Assembly: GCF_026210795.1 (NCBI RefSeq)
Contig: NC_089435.1
Location: forward strand, 62,001 to 126,000
DNA length: 64,000 bases
Source: Rhizophagus irregularis
Lineage: Eukaryota
Reading direction: 5' to 3'
Below the pieces are notes generated by a model. That model was not told where the DNA came from. It made no database searches and worked only from the letters and a program-made list of their open reading frames with translations. Both the position numbers and the translations under genes were made by a program. Shown in pieces: positions 28,512 through 42,513 of this stretch (within the stretch, counting starts at the first letter, position 1; every line of letters begins with the position of its first letter).

Positions 28512-29365
28512 AGCAATTGATTAAACAATGGTAAGAAAATTTCGAGCGAATTTTTCTTGCCATTGTTCAAAGTATACAATTGTTTATTTTTAAAGCAATT
28601 GATTAAACAATGGCAAGAAAAGTTCGCTCGAAATTTTCTTGCCATTGTTTAATCAATTGCTTTAAAAATAAACAATTGTATACTTTGAACAATGGCAAGA
28701 AAAATTCGCTCGAACATTTCTTGCCATTGTTTAATTCAAGTCTATTGTTTTTTTTTAAAGCAATCGATTAAACAATGGCAAGAAAAATTCGCGCGAATTT
28801 TTCTTGCCATTGTTCGAAGTATATCATTGTTTATTTTTAAAGCAATTGATTAAACAATGGCAAGAAAATTTCGCTCGAACTTTTCTTGTCATTGTTCAAA
28901 GTATACCATTGTTTTTTTTTCAAAGTAATTGATTAAACAATGGCAAGAAAAATTCGCTCGAACATTTCTTGCCATTGTTTAACTCAAGTCTATTATTGTT
29001 TTTTTTTTTAAAGCAATTGATTAAACAATGGTAAGAAAAATTCGCGCGAACTTTTCTTGCTATTGTTCGAAGTATACCATTGTTTTTTTTAAAGCAATTG
29101 ATTAAACAATGACAAGAAAAATTCGCGCGAACTTTTCTTGCTATTGTTCAAAGTATACCATTGTTTTTTTTAAAGCAATTGATTAAACAATGGTAAGAAA
29201 ATTTCGCTTGAACTTTTCTTCTTGCTATTGTTCAAAGTATATCATTGTTTTTTTTTAAAGCAATTGATTAAACAATGGCAAGAAAAGTTCGCGCGAACTT
29301 TTCTTGCCATTGTTCAAAGTATACCATTGTTTATTTTTAAAGCAATTGATTAAACAATGACAAAG
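28500..29365. repeat. Array of ~82-bp palindromic units, about 10 copies
   Basis: AACAATGGCAAGAAAA-TTCGCGCGAA-TTTTCTTGCCATTGTT plus a conserved linker. Confidence 0.95.
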
Positions 29366-29844
29366 AAATATTTATTGAATAAATAAAACATAAATTTGTT
29401 AACAAGATATCCATTATCTTAATTAATTTAACGAAATTTGGCCAAAAACCAAAATTTTTACCATTATCAGACACGCAAATTTAATGATTACATATTTATA
29501 TCTGTGTACCCGCCGTAACGTATACCTATATGTATAAAATCGATAACATTTAACCGTAGTACCGATCACGTGTATGTTTATCGCAACTGGTTCAATTACG
29601 TCAAAAAAATTATTATTTTACGACAAAAAAAAATTTGAAATTCTCGTTTATTTATTATGAAACCAATATAAAGATTTATTGAACTCGAAAATATTAGCGA
29701 TTGAAACTTAATTTTCCTTAAATTTAGGCCTTTATAAAGTTAAAAGTAAATTGACATTCCCGATCATCAAAATAAATAAAAATTTACAAAAACTTTATTC
29801 TTATAAAGATGAAAAAATGTTATTTTATTATCAGCTTGCAGTTA

Positions 29845-32800
29845 TTACCAGTTTGCATATTTGTCTATTATATAATAATTTTTTTTATCATACACTTCAA
29901 AAAATCCAACAGTTCTATCAATACCAATTACTTCCACATATTGTAGAGGACCGAAGCAATCAAAAAATTTTAAATTTCCAATATTTTTCTCAAATTTTTT
30001 GATTTTTCAAATATATGCAAACATTCGTTCTTGATTTTGCATATTATGGAGCATGAAATATTCAACTTGTCCAAAAGTCTCCTCTTCTTGTTCATCAATA
30101 GTTAAGTTAATCTATAATAAAATTTTCTGTTTAATATTTGAATGATATTTATAATAATTATAAAATCTAATTATCAATTTCTTACAGCGACACAATAATC
30201 ATTTCGACTACTATCATTTTCTTTTTTCCACCATTTAGAAGATACAATATTGCCATCTTTTGTACGAAGTTTCCCATACTTCATATAACTTTCTTCAATG
30301 TCCTAAATAATAAATAATGATATTACATCTGTAAAAGTATTCAAAAATAAATAAATATACAATGCAAAGTAGTTATAATTAAAAATTACTCTAATATCCC
30401 TGGCGTTTTTTTGGAATATAGCTGCATAGCATTGCTTTAATTTTATAGCCTCATTTTTTGTTAGTTTACAATTAACACACGGAGAATAAAATTCATACTG
30501 ATTATCATATACAATACTAGACTTTACCCTATGCGATGGCCATGTTTTTTCCTTTTCTTTGAAATTGGAAAAAACTTTTTCATCATACGTTGGTAAAAAT
30601 TGTAGATACTTAAACCTTTCTTGCAGCAACACATTATTAATTAAATTCACATATGGAAGTTTTCGAGAGCTAATAAGTGGAATTAACATTCCACAATACC
30701 TTTCCATCGGAAATTGCCAAAATCCACGACAAGGACTAAGATCTTCAATACAATCTCCTATATGCAGAGAGTAATGAAAAGAAATTAAATACACCGGCAA
30801 TCTTTCTCCTTCTAACCCGTATGAACTATTATTATAAAAAGACATGTTAATTAATGTATAAAATATTATTATATAATTCCATAAAGATGATACCTTGCAT
30901 AATGATTATAAAATTGTATCAATAAATTTCGGATTTTATCTAGATCTTCAAAATCTATTCGAGGTTGAATACATAACTGAACAGCTTCAACAAAATTTGA
31001 CCATCCTAAGAAGTAACTATTATTTTAAATTATTTAAATAAGCTTTCCTTTATTATCAATTTTTTAACAATTAACTCTTTTTATTTATTATTACCTTTGT
31101 GGCAGCCTTCCTTTTAATAATGGTAAAGAAAATAAAATAATCCAATTTGCCCATTCCACAGCTTTAAACCCAGCCGAATGTTTAATGATATTGCGTGGAG
31201 GACGTCCAATATCAGATGGCATATTAGATCTATTTTTTTCCATGATTTCACCAATTTCAATCCATGTTTTAGAACTTATTGTATAATTATTTGAATTCCG
31301 TTCATCATTTTTTGGATAGAATTTTCCTATTCAATGTCGAAACATGTGAGGTGCAATGTTTTTGAAAAAAAGGTGCATTATATCCACTGGAAATGAACGC
31401 GGAAATTTTATAGAAGATAACTCAAATAATATACTCTTTCCTTTAATTCCTAATTTTTTTTTATTAAACAAGAATTTTAAAAATTCAGAAAATATATTAA
31501 TCAATTTTACTATGAGTTTATTTAAAATATTGAACTAACCGCAGTTACGTATATAAGTTTCTCTACAATCTCCTTTCAGATGTTCTATTTGATTTATGCT
31601 AGTCAGCATCTCATCATGTGTTCGAATTGGTAATCGTATAGGATCAATATTTTGTTGTAATGGATAATATACATGTCTATTCATTTCATTTAAAGTTCCT
31701 CGAAGATTACAGAATCTGCAACCTGAATATGAATTATGTCCCGTTAAATATAAAATTTTTGAAAGAACAGGAAGATCTCCAGTCCAAGCTAATATGTGAG
31801 CACGTAAAGTAAAATATTCTTTTTTGTTTCCATCATAACATAATATTCCATCTGTAAATACAAAAATATGATTAATAAATATTATATTAATTATTATTTT
31901 TCATATTTTTTAATATACCTTGTAATATTTTCATCTCTTGAATTAATGGATAGAGAAATGAATTAAAATCTTGAGGTTGTTTTGGCCCTGGGATTATTAA
32001 TGTTACCATTAAATTTTCTTTTTTTACCCTTAATTCTTGAGGCAAATTATTATTTATAAAAAGAAATACCCAACAGTCATCAGTTTTTTGTCGAAATATT
32101 TGATAACCGTCACAAGATGCAGTAAATGCAACATCTCTAGGATCGGGAAAATATGCATCATTTAATAACTCTTTATAAATCAGCCCATCAAAAATATCAC
32201 CTATGTCCCTATGAACAAGATCTCCTATATTATTAGTATAGTTATGCCTATATAATAATTCTTTGGATCTTTTAGAGTTTTTAAATTGAAGCTTTAAACG
32301 CTCAATTATAGAGACAAAAGGTAAATTTTTTCTTGATTTACCATTACTATAATATCGGTTCTCTTTACAAAATTTACACTTTCTTTCATTTTCTAAAACT
32401 CCTACGAACGCATAACATGAATTGACACACATATCGTATATTTTTGGTTCAATTCCTACTATCGAACCAAGTATTTTTTTTATTTTATTTAAGCTCATTT
32501 TATTTCTATTGAAAGCTTTATATATATTATTAAATGCAGCTTCAGAAAAATTAAAATTTGATTTCACATATAAAAGCCTTAATCCTTCAAGTAATTCATC
32601 AGAAATAATTGTATTATCTAAAAAATTTATCATTATTGTTAATAAATAGTTAATGTATTTAAATACTATTAATAATTTATTTTGGAATTCACCTTCTTCA
32701 TTATCAGCATTAGAATTTATGTTATCAGATTCTGATTCATTTTGAGAATCAGAAATTGAATCATCATTTTCATAATAATAATAATGATCATTTTCATAAT

Positions 32801-33173
32801 TATTAGTTTTCTCATTTTCTTCATTTTGGAAACTAAAATCATCATTAGTTTCTTCTGGAATTTCTTCATTATCACACATTTCCATATATGATCGTTTATT
32901 TTCTTCTTCATTATCACTTGTCACCATAAATGATCGTTCATTTTCTTCATACAAGTCTTCTTCACGTAAGTTTTCTTCACGTAAGTTTTCTTCGTATAAA
33001 TTTTCCTCTTCAGAATGATAAAAATTTTCTTCAGGATGAAGTCTTTGGTATTCATCTTCTAGAGCTTGTGCCTCTTTTTCTTCTAATAAATGTCGAGCTA
33101 CTGTTGTCCTATGAAGTACTCTTCCCTTACCATTTGATAAATTTAAACAATGTTTACATTCACACTTAGGCAT
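29845..33173 (-). pseudogene. CACTA Transposase_21-type transposase, multi-exon
   Basis: CVNSCYAF..CKFCKENRY, DIFDG, TASCDGYQIF, IIPGPKQPQDFNSFLYP, WTGDLP, GHNSYSGCRFC, FKAVEWANW and WQFPMERYCG. In-frame stops at ~31330 and ~30007. Confidence 0.9.
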
Positions 33174-33896
33174 AATTTCAATTAGGAAAAAAATATATTT
33201 ATTTAATGGTTTTTTAATTTAATAAAGTTTATTATATGTATTTGGAGAGTTTTATCACATATAATTTGTTAGTACTTTCTTTGAATTCGCTTTCTTTATA
33301 TATATATTCGAGAGTTTGGTATATTATCCCGACATTCTAAATCCCGACATTTCATAAGCCCGACACTTAATAAGCTCGAAATACAAATATCGAAATGAAA
33401 AATCTTGAAATTTATTATAACTGATTTCATAATGTACGGGACTTAGCAAATTTTAAAGAACTCGAAAATATTCGGTAATATTCGGTAAAGCTCAAAATAA
33501 ACTCTAAAATTAACGTATAACATAATTACATTATATAGTATATACAATTATACTTTATACTACGCCATCATATATATGTGTATATATGTCCCGTGTTATA
33601 TATCTTTTCTACAATAACCCGACTAGCTGAGTAACCTGAGTACCCGACAATCCCGACAATAAATGATGGGCTGAGATCCGTCCTTTTAAAGTGTTTGTGC
33701 CCCTATGATCGCTACATATAGGCAGGTCATGTTTCACATTGTTTCACGTATCTGTTTACACGGGGGGACGTACGTGATTTTAATTTATCACCTGATGTTA
33801 ATAAACCCCAGTCATCATAAAAATCCACGTATTTTTCCTACTTTTTTCTCTTTAACATTTATACGTTTACGATACGTTCGATACTTTTACGTGACT

Positions 33897-35653
33897 ATGA
33901 GCAATAATAATGATCTCCAAGAACAATTGGACCTTATCAAGAAACAAAATGAAGCTTTATTGGAAAAAATAAAGTATGTGTATGAAAAATAAGGATTTTT
34001 ATGCAACTCTTCATAAATTTTATTAAAAAAAAATTTATTTTCAGTTCTCTGGATAGTACTTTTTCGTTTCCCACAACAATAACAAGTTATAATAGACCTT
34101 CTACAGCGTTAAGTTTCCAAAGGCCTTCCTCCACAGTGAGTACGCGAAGACCCTCCACGTCATTCACAGCGAGTACGCGAAGACCCTCCACGTCGTCGTC
34201 CATAACTTCTGTTGCTGTAAGCCCTTCCACATCATTCACAGCGAGTACGTGAAGACCCTCCACGTCGTCATCCATAACTTCTGTTGTTGTGAGCCCTTAT
34301 TATTATTACTGTATTTAATTATTTAAGTTATTTATTTATTTTTTAAATATATCATTAAAAGACACATAGTTTTATACAAAAGCCAAAAAAGAAGTATATT
34401 TCAAAAGCTGATATGTTAAACGCGTTAAATATTTCGAATGAAGTGTATACGACATGTGTGGTGCGTATATACATAAATAATTTGGTTATACAAAACAAGA
34501 CTTTAATAATCAATAAAACTAGGCTGCAATGCGCATATGCGCTGATTATCAGCTTGAATACAATTATGCCTATAAAGACATTCCTAAGAACATTTTATTC
34601 AAAATAATCGAAAAGGTAATTTTTATTTGTTTTATAGATTTTTTTTTATAAATATAATGAAATAATAACCTTTTCTTAGTTTAAATTAAGAACGAAAGAC
34701 TTACATATACCATTCGGCTTTAATGATTGGTTTGCGTATGAATTGTTAAAAAAACACGTCCAACATGTCCGTGAGTATATTTGTTTTTTTCTTTTTTTTT
34801 AAAAAAAAAAGAAAAGATCAAAAATCTAATTTATATTTAATTTATATTAATGAAAGGCGATCATAAAGCCAAGAATAGAAATGGATATTTTAAGAAAAGG
34901 AATCAAGACGAGGAAGAAGAAGAAGTTAGAAATGAGGAACAAGAAGAAGAGGAAGGAAGTTAAGAAATGAGGAACAAGAAGTAGAGGAAGAGGAAGAAGT
35001 TAGAAATGAGGAACAAGAAGAAGAGGAAGAGGAAGAATTAGAAATGAAGAACAAGAAGAAGAGAAAGAGGAAGAAGTTAGAAATGAGGAACAAGAAGAAG
35101 AGGAAGAGGAAGTTAGGAATGAGGAACAAGAAGAGGAGATTAGAACTGTAATAATCAGAATTGAAGGAAACGAAGAAATCCGAAATAGAAATGAAGAAAA
35201 TGATGTTGAAGACGAAGATCAAGGTATAATTATATTGTAACAAATCAACCATAGGAAATGACTTAATTTAATGTTTGTGATTAATGTTTGTGATTTTTAT
35301 TATTTAGCAAAAAAACGAACCGGAGAACCTATGAAAAGTAAAATTTTTTTTTATAAAATGATTATATTTTAATTTAAATAAAAATAATTAAATGTATTTT
35401 TTTTTTCTATTAATAGAGGATTCAAACAACAAACGATTGAAAGTTACAAGTAAAATTACAAGTAAAAAAATTTTTTATAATTAATTAATTTAAATAAAAT
35501 AACTTCTAATATTTTTTCTTATTTATTACATTAGACGGACGAAGCCTGCGTAGAAGACCTATGGCCGTTAATAAAGAAGAGGTCAATCGTAGTGCCAGTG
35601 GGGTTGTTAGTACCAGTAATAAGAACAATAAAAAGAAAACCAAGAAAAAATAA
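33897..35653 (+). pseudogene. Divergent multi-exon CACTA accessory gene with Ser/Thr repeats and Glu-rich repeats
   Basis: MSNNNDLQEQLDLIKKQNEALLEKI, then STRRPSTSS repeats, (EEEEEVRNEEQ)n at 34905-35220, and a basic C-terminus. GT-AG introns and stops present. Confidence 0.65.
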
Positions 35654-35899
35654 TCATTTACTTTTTTTTATAAACTAAAATAAAAAATGTTTTAAATTTG
35701 TAATGTTCGCAAATAATCACCAGCCTCTATAAAAAATTTCATACGTTATAGCGTATTTTCTATAGATACGGTATTTTTTTATATTATTTTTATTATAAAT
35801 TTTACAACTTTATGAACTTTATATTAAATACTACATTTTAAACCCATATGTTTATAATGTATACTTCGACACTAGTATGCACTACCCAAAAATTTACTG

Positions 35900-37175
35900 A
35901 TGTAAAGAAAAATTCACAAGAATTTTCATTAATACTGTTTAATTTTTAAGTTCAAAGTCCGATTGATAATACTGTTATACTGTTTAATTTTTAAAGCTCA
36001 ATTATAAACAAATTTAATAAATTAGTATTAAGATTTTAATTTAAAGATTAAGCAGTATCAAGGAATATTCTCGCGAATTTTTCTTGATACTGCTTAATTC
36101 TAATTAGCTAATTTAGTACTAATGTTTTAATTTAAAAATTAAGCAGTATCAAGAAAAATTCGCTCGAACTTTTCTTGCTATTGTTCGAAGTATATTATTT
36201 ATTTAAAGCAATCGATTAAACAATGGCAAGAAAAATTTGCTCGAACTTTTCTTGCCATTGTTCGAAGTATACCATTGTTTTTTTTTAAAGCAATTGATTA
36301 AACAATGGCAAGAAAAATTCGCTCGAACTTTCTTGCTATTGTTCAAAGTATATCATTGTTTTTTTTAAAAGCAATTGATTAAATAATGGCAAGAAAAATT
36401 CGCGCGAACTTTTCTTGCTATTGTTCAAAGTATATCATTGTTTATTTAAAGCAATTGATTAAACAATGGTAAGAAAAATTCGCTCGAACTTTTCTTGCTA
36501 TTGTTCAAAGTATACCATTATTTTTTTTCAAAGTAATTGATTAAACAATGGCAAGAAAAATTAGTTCGAATATTTCTTGCCATTGTTTAACTCAAGTCTA
36601 TTATTGTTTTTTTTAAAGCAATTAATTAAACAATGGCAAGAAAAATTCGCTCGAACTTTTCTTGCTATTGTTCAAAGTATATCATTGTTTTTTTTTAAAA
36701 GCAATTGATTAAATAATGGCAAGAAAAATTCGCGCGAACTTTTCTTGCTATTGTTCAAAGTATATCATTGTTTATTTAAAGCAACTGATTAAACAATGGT
36801 AAGAAAAATTCGCTCGAACTTTTCTTGCTATTGTTCAAAGTATACCATTGTTTTTTTTCAAAGTAATTGATTAAACAATGGCAAGAAAAATTCGCTCGAA
36901 CATTTCTTGCCATTGTTTAACTCAAGTCTATTATTGTTTTTTTTAAAGCAATTGATTAAACAATGGCAAGAAAAATTCGCTCGAACTTTTCTTGCCATTT
37001 TTCAAAGTAGCATTTTTTTTTTAAAGCAATTGATTAAACAATGGCAAGAAAAGTTCGCGGCTCGAACTTTTCTTGCTATTGTTCGAAGTATAGCATTGTT
37101 TTTTTTAAAGCAATTGATTAAACAATGGCAAGAAAAATTCGCTCGAATTTTTCTTGCCATTGTTCAAAGTATATT
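35900..37175. repeat. Second array of the same ~82-bp palindromic unit, about 12 copies plus degenerate ones
   Basis: Same unit as 28500-29365, with a 330-bp higher-order period (variant aaataatggc at 36381 and 36711). Confidence 0.95.
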
Positions 37176-37724
37176 TTTTGCAAAAACCGAAGCCCTTTAA
37201 AACGAAATATAGCCAAAGCGCAATTAATCCGCAGTACTGTGATACCACAATTAATTGCATTATTGCGGAATTGCGAATATCTGATATATGAACTTTAAAC
37301 TCCATAATATCTGCAATCAATACCCAGAACAAATGTTATGCCAATTACTGTAAGCCAAAGATACCGCGGTTCTATATGATCATGTGAAATTTATTTTTGA
37401 AATTTATTTATACATACAGTTTACAGTAGGATCGGGGAATTAGAAACCGTGCCTAGAAAACGGGGCTGCTTAAAAACTGCGCCCAGAAAACGGGGCTGCT
37501 TCTTTTGTGCCATTAATTTGAGGCTGCTTAAAAACCGCCCCAGAAACGGAGCTGCTTAAAAGGAAACCTATTACATCATGATTTAAACAAATTATGTATA
37601 TATATATTCTTTGTGCCATTAAAAATTAATAACAACTTTCGAACAATACATACGCTCAATACAATACATTCTTTTGCTATTTAAACTGTCTTCCTGGAAA
37701 TAATTAAATAATTTTCTTTTTTCA

Positions 37725-37960
37725 TAATTTTTCATAAATTTTCCTCTATCATAAAATTTTTTTCCATCATAATCATAAATTTTCCTCTATCATAATCATA
37801 AATTTTCCTCTATCATAAATATAAATTTTCCTCTATCATAAATTTTCCCCTTTCATAAATTTTCCCCTTCATAAATTTTCCTCTTTCATAAATAAATTTT
37901 CCTTTTTCATAAATTTTTCTCTTTCATAAATAAATTTTCCTCTTTCATAAATTTTCTTCC
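37725..37960. repeat. (ATAAATTTTCCTCTWTC)n minisatellite upstream of a gene
   Basis: About 11 degenerate ~17-23 bp units. Confidence 0.8.
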
Positions 37961-37978
37961 GAACATTCTTACTTACAA

Positions 37979-39324
37979 ATGATGAATGTTAATCAAGAAG
38001 TCGATCAAGAAGTAGCAACAAGTCAACATCAAGAGGTGAATATTCAAGAAGTAACATCAAGTCAAAATAGTATGTAGAATCATATATATAATTTTTATAA
38101 TTATTAAATAAAATTTTTATTAAGAATAAACGTTTATTTCTGTTTCAATTCTAGAATCGAACATTGTAAAATTTGTTGTAGATATAAATAAAAATATGGA
38201 AAGCCTTGGTATAAATTCTCTTAATATATCATCAAACCAAGAAGCAATTTTAGATAGTAAAGAATTCGGAATTTTTAAAATACTTTTCAATAAAGAAGAA
38301 AATACAATTTTACAAGCAGCAAATGTAGCCCCGGGATCTAGTTCAGTAAGTTCATCAACAGCAAGAACCACTGATTTAAGATCATTCTTAACCGCGCCGG
38401 CAATCGAAATGGCAAAAAATCTACACAAACTCCTATTATATTTTGATAATCTACCAACTATTCCTCCTACAATGAATCCAAACAATATTGACGTTAAATT
38501 GTATATTAAAAAGTTGTTAGAAAAGTTAAGTACTTTAACAAAGGAGGAGTTTGAAGCTGAAATTGAGAATCAAAATAACAAGGATTTTTTAAAAGTTTAT
38601 TATTCAGAGAAGGAAGAAGAGAAAGTAGTAATTGATTTTCAGAATGAACTAAATTTTCCTGAAATCATTTCAGAAACAAACCTCTTAAAGCTTGATTCAG
38701 ATTTTGATATTATAAAAGAAAATACTATAAAAACATTAGTTAATCATTTAATAAAAGTTTATGACAAGATTCTTGAAGAGCATATCGAAACGGAAATAAG
38801 AAGAAGAAGAAAGTTTAGGGGATATGTAAATTTTCTTATGATATATCAAAAAATAGAGGTTTATTGTAATTTATATAAGACTAGAGCTAGGGGAGAGACG
38901 ATTAAAAATCAAACAAATAAAAAAATAATTGAATATAGCAGTTCTAGCAAATTTAAAACTCAAGATATATCAATTTTTATAAAAACAGGAAAGAGAATTG
39001 AAAAGTTAATTAGTCTTTCAAATCGTGAATGGGGAATTATTGACGCTTTTCCAAATTTAGACATAAATTTTTTTCAAATCTACAACAAGTAATGCCGCGT
39101 ATGAAGTTTGGCTCAAACTCATTGAGACTGGACTCATTATGACCAAAGAAGAGGGACAAACAATTTATAATTATAAAAAAATTGAAGAGAATTATTTAAG
39201 GGAATATAAGCTTCGGAGAATATATAAATCGATTCAAGCGAGCGATCATGATGATACTGGTTCTCCGAGATACTACTTCAACGAAGATGACGACGGTGAT
39301 AATGATGAAATGATGATTGACTAG
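37979..39324 (+). CDS. Hypothetical protein, 2 exons, with one frameshift near 39075
   Basis: ATG at 37979, intron ~38071-38153, a 298-aa ORF, and continuation in 39139-39324 after a poly-T tract. Confidence 0.55.
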
Positions 39325-39734
39325 TGATTTCATTTTTTTTTCTTCTATTTTCATTTTTTTTTGGTTTTTTGAATATCTCTATCTATTAGAGATCCTTTTT
39401 TTTTTATAATTCTAATAATTTCAACTGGGTTTTGTCGGGCGATTTTTTTTTTGGAAAAATCTATTGTGTTATAGTTAAGGTCAGTGTGCGTTGGCATTAT
39501 AATTGCGTTTAGGGACAGTACGTTGAATTATAATTACGTTAGGATTAGAGTCAAGATGTTTGGTTTATGGGATTATGTAATAAAATCATTGTATTTTAAC
39601 AGTTAGATAATTTCTTTATTAATATATAATAAAATACATTGCTATAGTTGAAATTTTATAGTGACAAATAGTTATTCATCACCATCTGATTATGGTGATA
39701 AATGGTAATTTATATAAATGACGTAATATAGAAT

Positions 39735-41700
39735 TTGTTTATTTTATTTTATTTTATTTTAAGGATTTTAAGGTAAGCCAGGAGAATACATTGATAATTT
39801 TAAGCTAATAAATTATAAAAACACACAATGTAGAATTGTCGCCCAATAAATCGAGCCCTGACTAGAATTATATAAAAACTATTCTAAAACCCAACCGAAG
39901 TAGAATAGGTAATAAAAGTAATAAAACGCACAAATAAACAATCGAACAACAAGTGCAGACCCGTATTTTCCTTTCAACCCATAAGATAAGGTTGCCACCT
40001 GTGAATACTGTAAAAGGTGGAGTGGTTAACGCTATTTTAAGTTGTTAAATTTGTAAAAACAAAAAGAGAACAAATTTCATAATAGTGAAAAAAAAAGAAA
40101 AACCTAAGTTATTATATAACTATAATACTATATATATAAAAATACGAAAAATTTCAATACTATAAAGTGGTGAAAAAAGAGGACCAATATATCTATAAAT
40201 ATAAAAAAGAGGGAGAGCATCTAATAAAATGAAATTATTAGTTCGAACAAAAATTAGTAACCAAGGCTGAATCTTCAGTAAAATGATGAAACCTTTTCCT
40301 CATATGGAGATTGTAATGCAAGTCCAAATTAAAATTCCTAGTGGCTGACCGTTTAAGTTGACGAGGCGCCTGATGAGTAACATATTCCGGTTCATATAGT
40401 TTATTATGCCGTACTGTGAGAGCAAGATGGAGACCGCTTTCGTCCATTGTTTCTTCTAAAATTTGTAACTGTTTGATATTGAAATCAGGATCGGTAGCGC
40501 GACCTTTTTGTTTCTTTTTTCCTTTTGTCGGAGGTAAGGAAGATGATGCAATAGGAGAATGTTGTCGTCTCAAGTATGTGTGATAATCATAACAAACGTT
40601 TTGATAATGAGTAAGAGCGATAGTCAAATTATCGCGATAGAGAGCGATTTCAGTAGTAGTCTTCCCATTGAACTTTCAAATCATCGATGCATGTCACAAG
40701 TTGAGTTTCGCGATCTCGTGTAGCTTTATAGCTCTTATTGCAGCAATCCACTGTTTACTACCCACTGTTTACTACCCACTTGTCTTGTAAGGGTCGAAGG
40801 GTTTTCTTTTCATTATGAGATAACGAAGAATGTAGCTTGCCATCCTTATAGATGGGCTCTTCGAGAACAAACGGATAGGAACGGGATTAGAAACCGTATT
40901 AGCTTTATCCGATTTTTTTTAGATTTCTTGGTCGTGGCGGCTTTAATGGCCTCAATTTCAATAATCTACTGTTTGCTACCAACTTTCAACGGTTGAAGAT
41001 TTTTCTTATCTTTCTTAGATAATTTAGAATATGTAAGACCACCCTTGTAGATAGGTTCATCAGGGATAAATGGGATAAGATGGAGGGGAAATTGACCATC
41101 TTTCGAAGTAGTATTAGATGAAGAAGAACCAGAGGGATCAGCAAAAGCAACTGAAGTATTGACGACAGGTGTTGAATTATTGTCGTCCGTTGGAGATTTA
41201 ATAATGTTGTCCTCGATCGATGATGATGCCATTTTGTTATCTCATAAGACGGATCAAATATAGATCCATGGACATTTGAATCGAAGTATTTAGCAATATA
41301 GTAGTACTTCTCGTTGCACTTCGGGTAGTGTTGAGGATTCAAGGAACGGTAGCTGAAAAGTATAGTAACGCTGTAGTGGAACCTGAAATTTCTTCTTATA
41401 TTTCAAATGCATAATCGGCTTTCTGAAATTTTGTGATTGTTGAAATAGGAAACCTTTTCTTTTTGACGCTAAAAGTTTATCTTCAAGTGAGGCGTCAGCT
41501 GTAAGATCAGACTTATGAAAAACTTGCCTACATTTGCGTTCAAATCGTGCTTGTTGTCTTTTCCGGACATTTGGATTGTCGCTGTTTTGAAGATTAAAGT
41601 TGAAAAAACGACCTTTTTTCATGATATTGTCGATACTGTTAGCGCAATATTGCGATTGAAAAGAAATAAAATCCTTTTAACTCCATAATGTCCGTATTCG
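39735..41700 (-). pseudogene. Intronless, frameshifted basic protein with a 3' (TAAAA)n tail; possibly retroposed or non-LTR derived
   Basis: Collinear minus-strand ORFs 41290-41622, 40966-41342 and 40238-40627, and an A-rich tail at ~39735-39760 on the minus strand. Confidence 0.4.
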
Positions 41701-42144
41701 TTTCATTTTCCACATCTGCTATTTCTTCTCTAGTTTCTCGATTGATTGTACCCTTATTTCACTTTATTTTATATTGAATACCTTCGAGTAATTTTTGAAT
41801 TTATGAATTGTACAATCGTACAATCGTTATTTTCGTTCGTTTCTCTCTTTTCTATCTTCTCTTTTGCATAATGCAAGGTCGCCTCGTCCTTGAAACATAA
41901 AAACATTCTATCTATTGTAATGATTTAATAAAACTATATATTTTTGTGAAAATTTTACTATTACGTTTCGAATCAGTTCTAACGTTCTTTATACTTGGCA
42001 TTTTTGATCACATGTTTTATTGTTGGTGTAACCCGATCAGCAAATCAATCAATCAATTCACTCCACTCCGCCACAATGCATATTGGCGCTGTGAAACAAA
42101 AATAGCCATTTGCTTACATGCATCACCCCCAACTTCTGGCGTTG

Positions 42145-42342
42145 CATATGCAACATATCATTTAAAAGAGCAGTAAAAGGCTTATGCATATTCTTATGCT
42201 TCGACCCAACATATCATTATGCTCGACCCAACATATCATTTAAAAGAGCAGTAAAAGGCATATTCTTATGCATATTCTTATGCTTCGACCCAACATATCA
42301 TTATGCTCGACCCAACATATCATTTAAAAGAGCAGTAAAAGG
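42145..42342. repeat. ~75-bp tandem repeat, about 3 copies
   Basis: CAACATATCATTTAAAAGAGCAGTAAAAGG occurs three times. Confidence 0.85.
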
Positions 42343-42513
42343 AGCTTCGGTGACTTTTAATTGTTTACTGTATTCATATTGTATATCTTATATATCAATA
42401 CGTTTTTCTCTAATAGTTTTTATAATGTCATGTTTAGTAACAGCTAAGGTTGAAAAACTTTTACTAGAAGGACTCTTGATGCTATATGTTCTGCTACCGT
42501 TATATACCAGACA

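Noticed and set aside
28500..29365. CRISPR-like array of palindromic repeats (also 36150-37175)
   Set aside because: The spacers are conserved rather than unique, there are no cas genes, and the context is eukaryotic.
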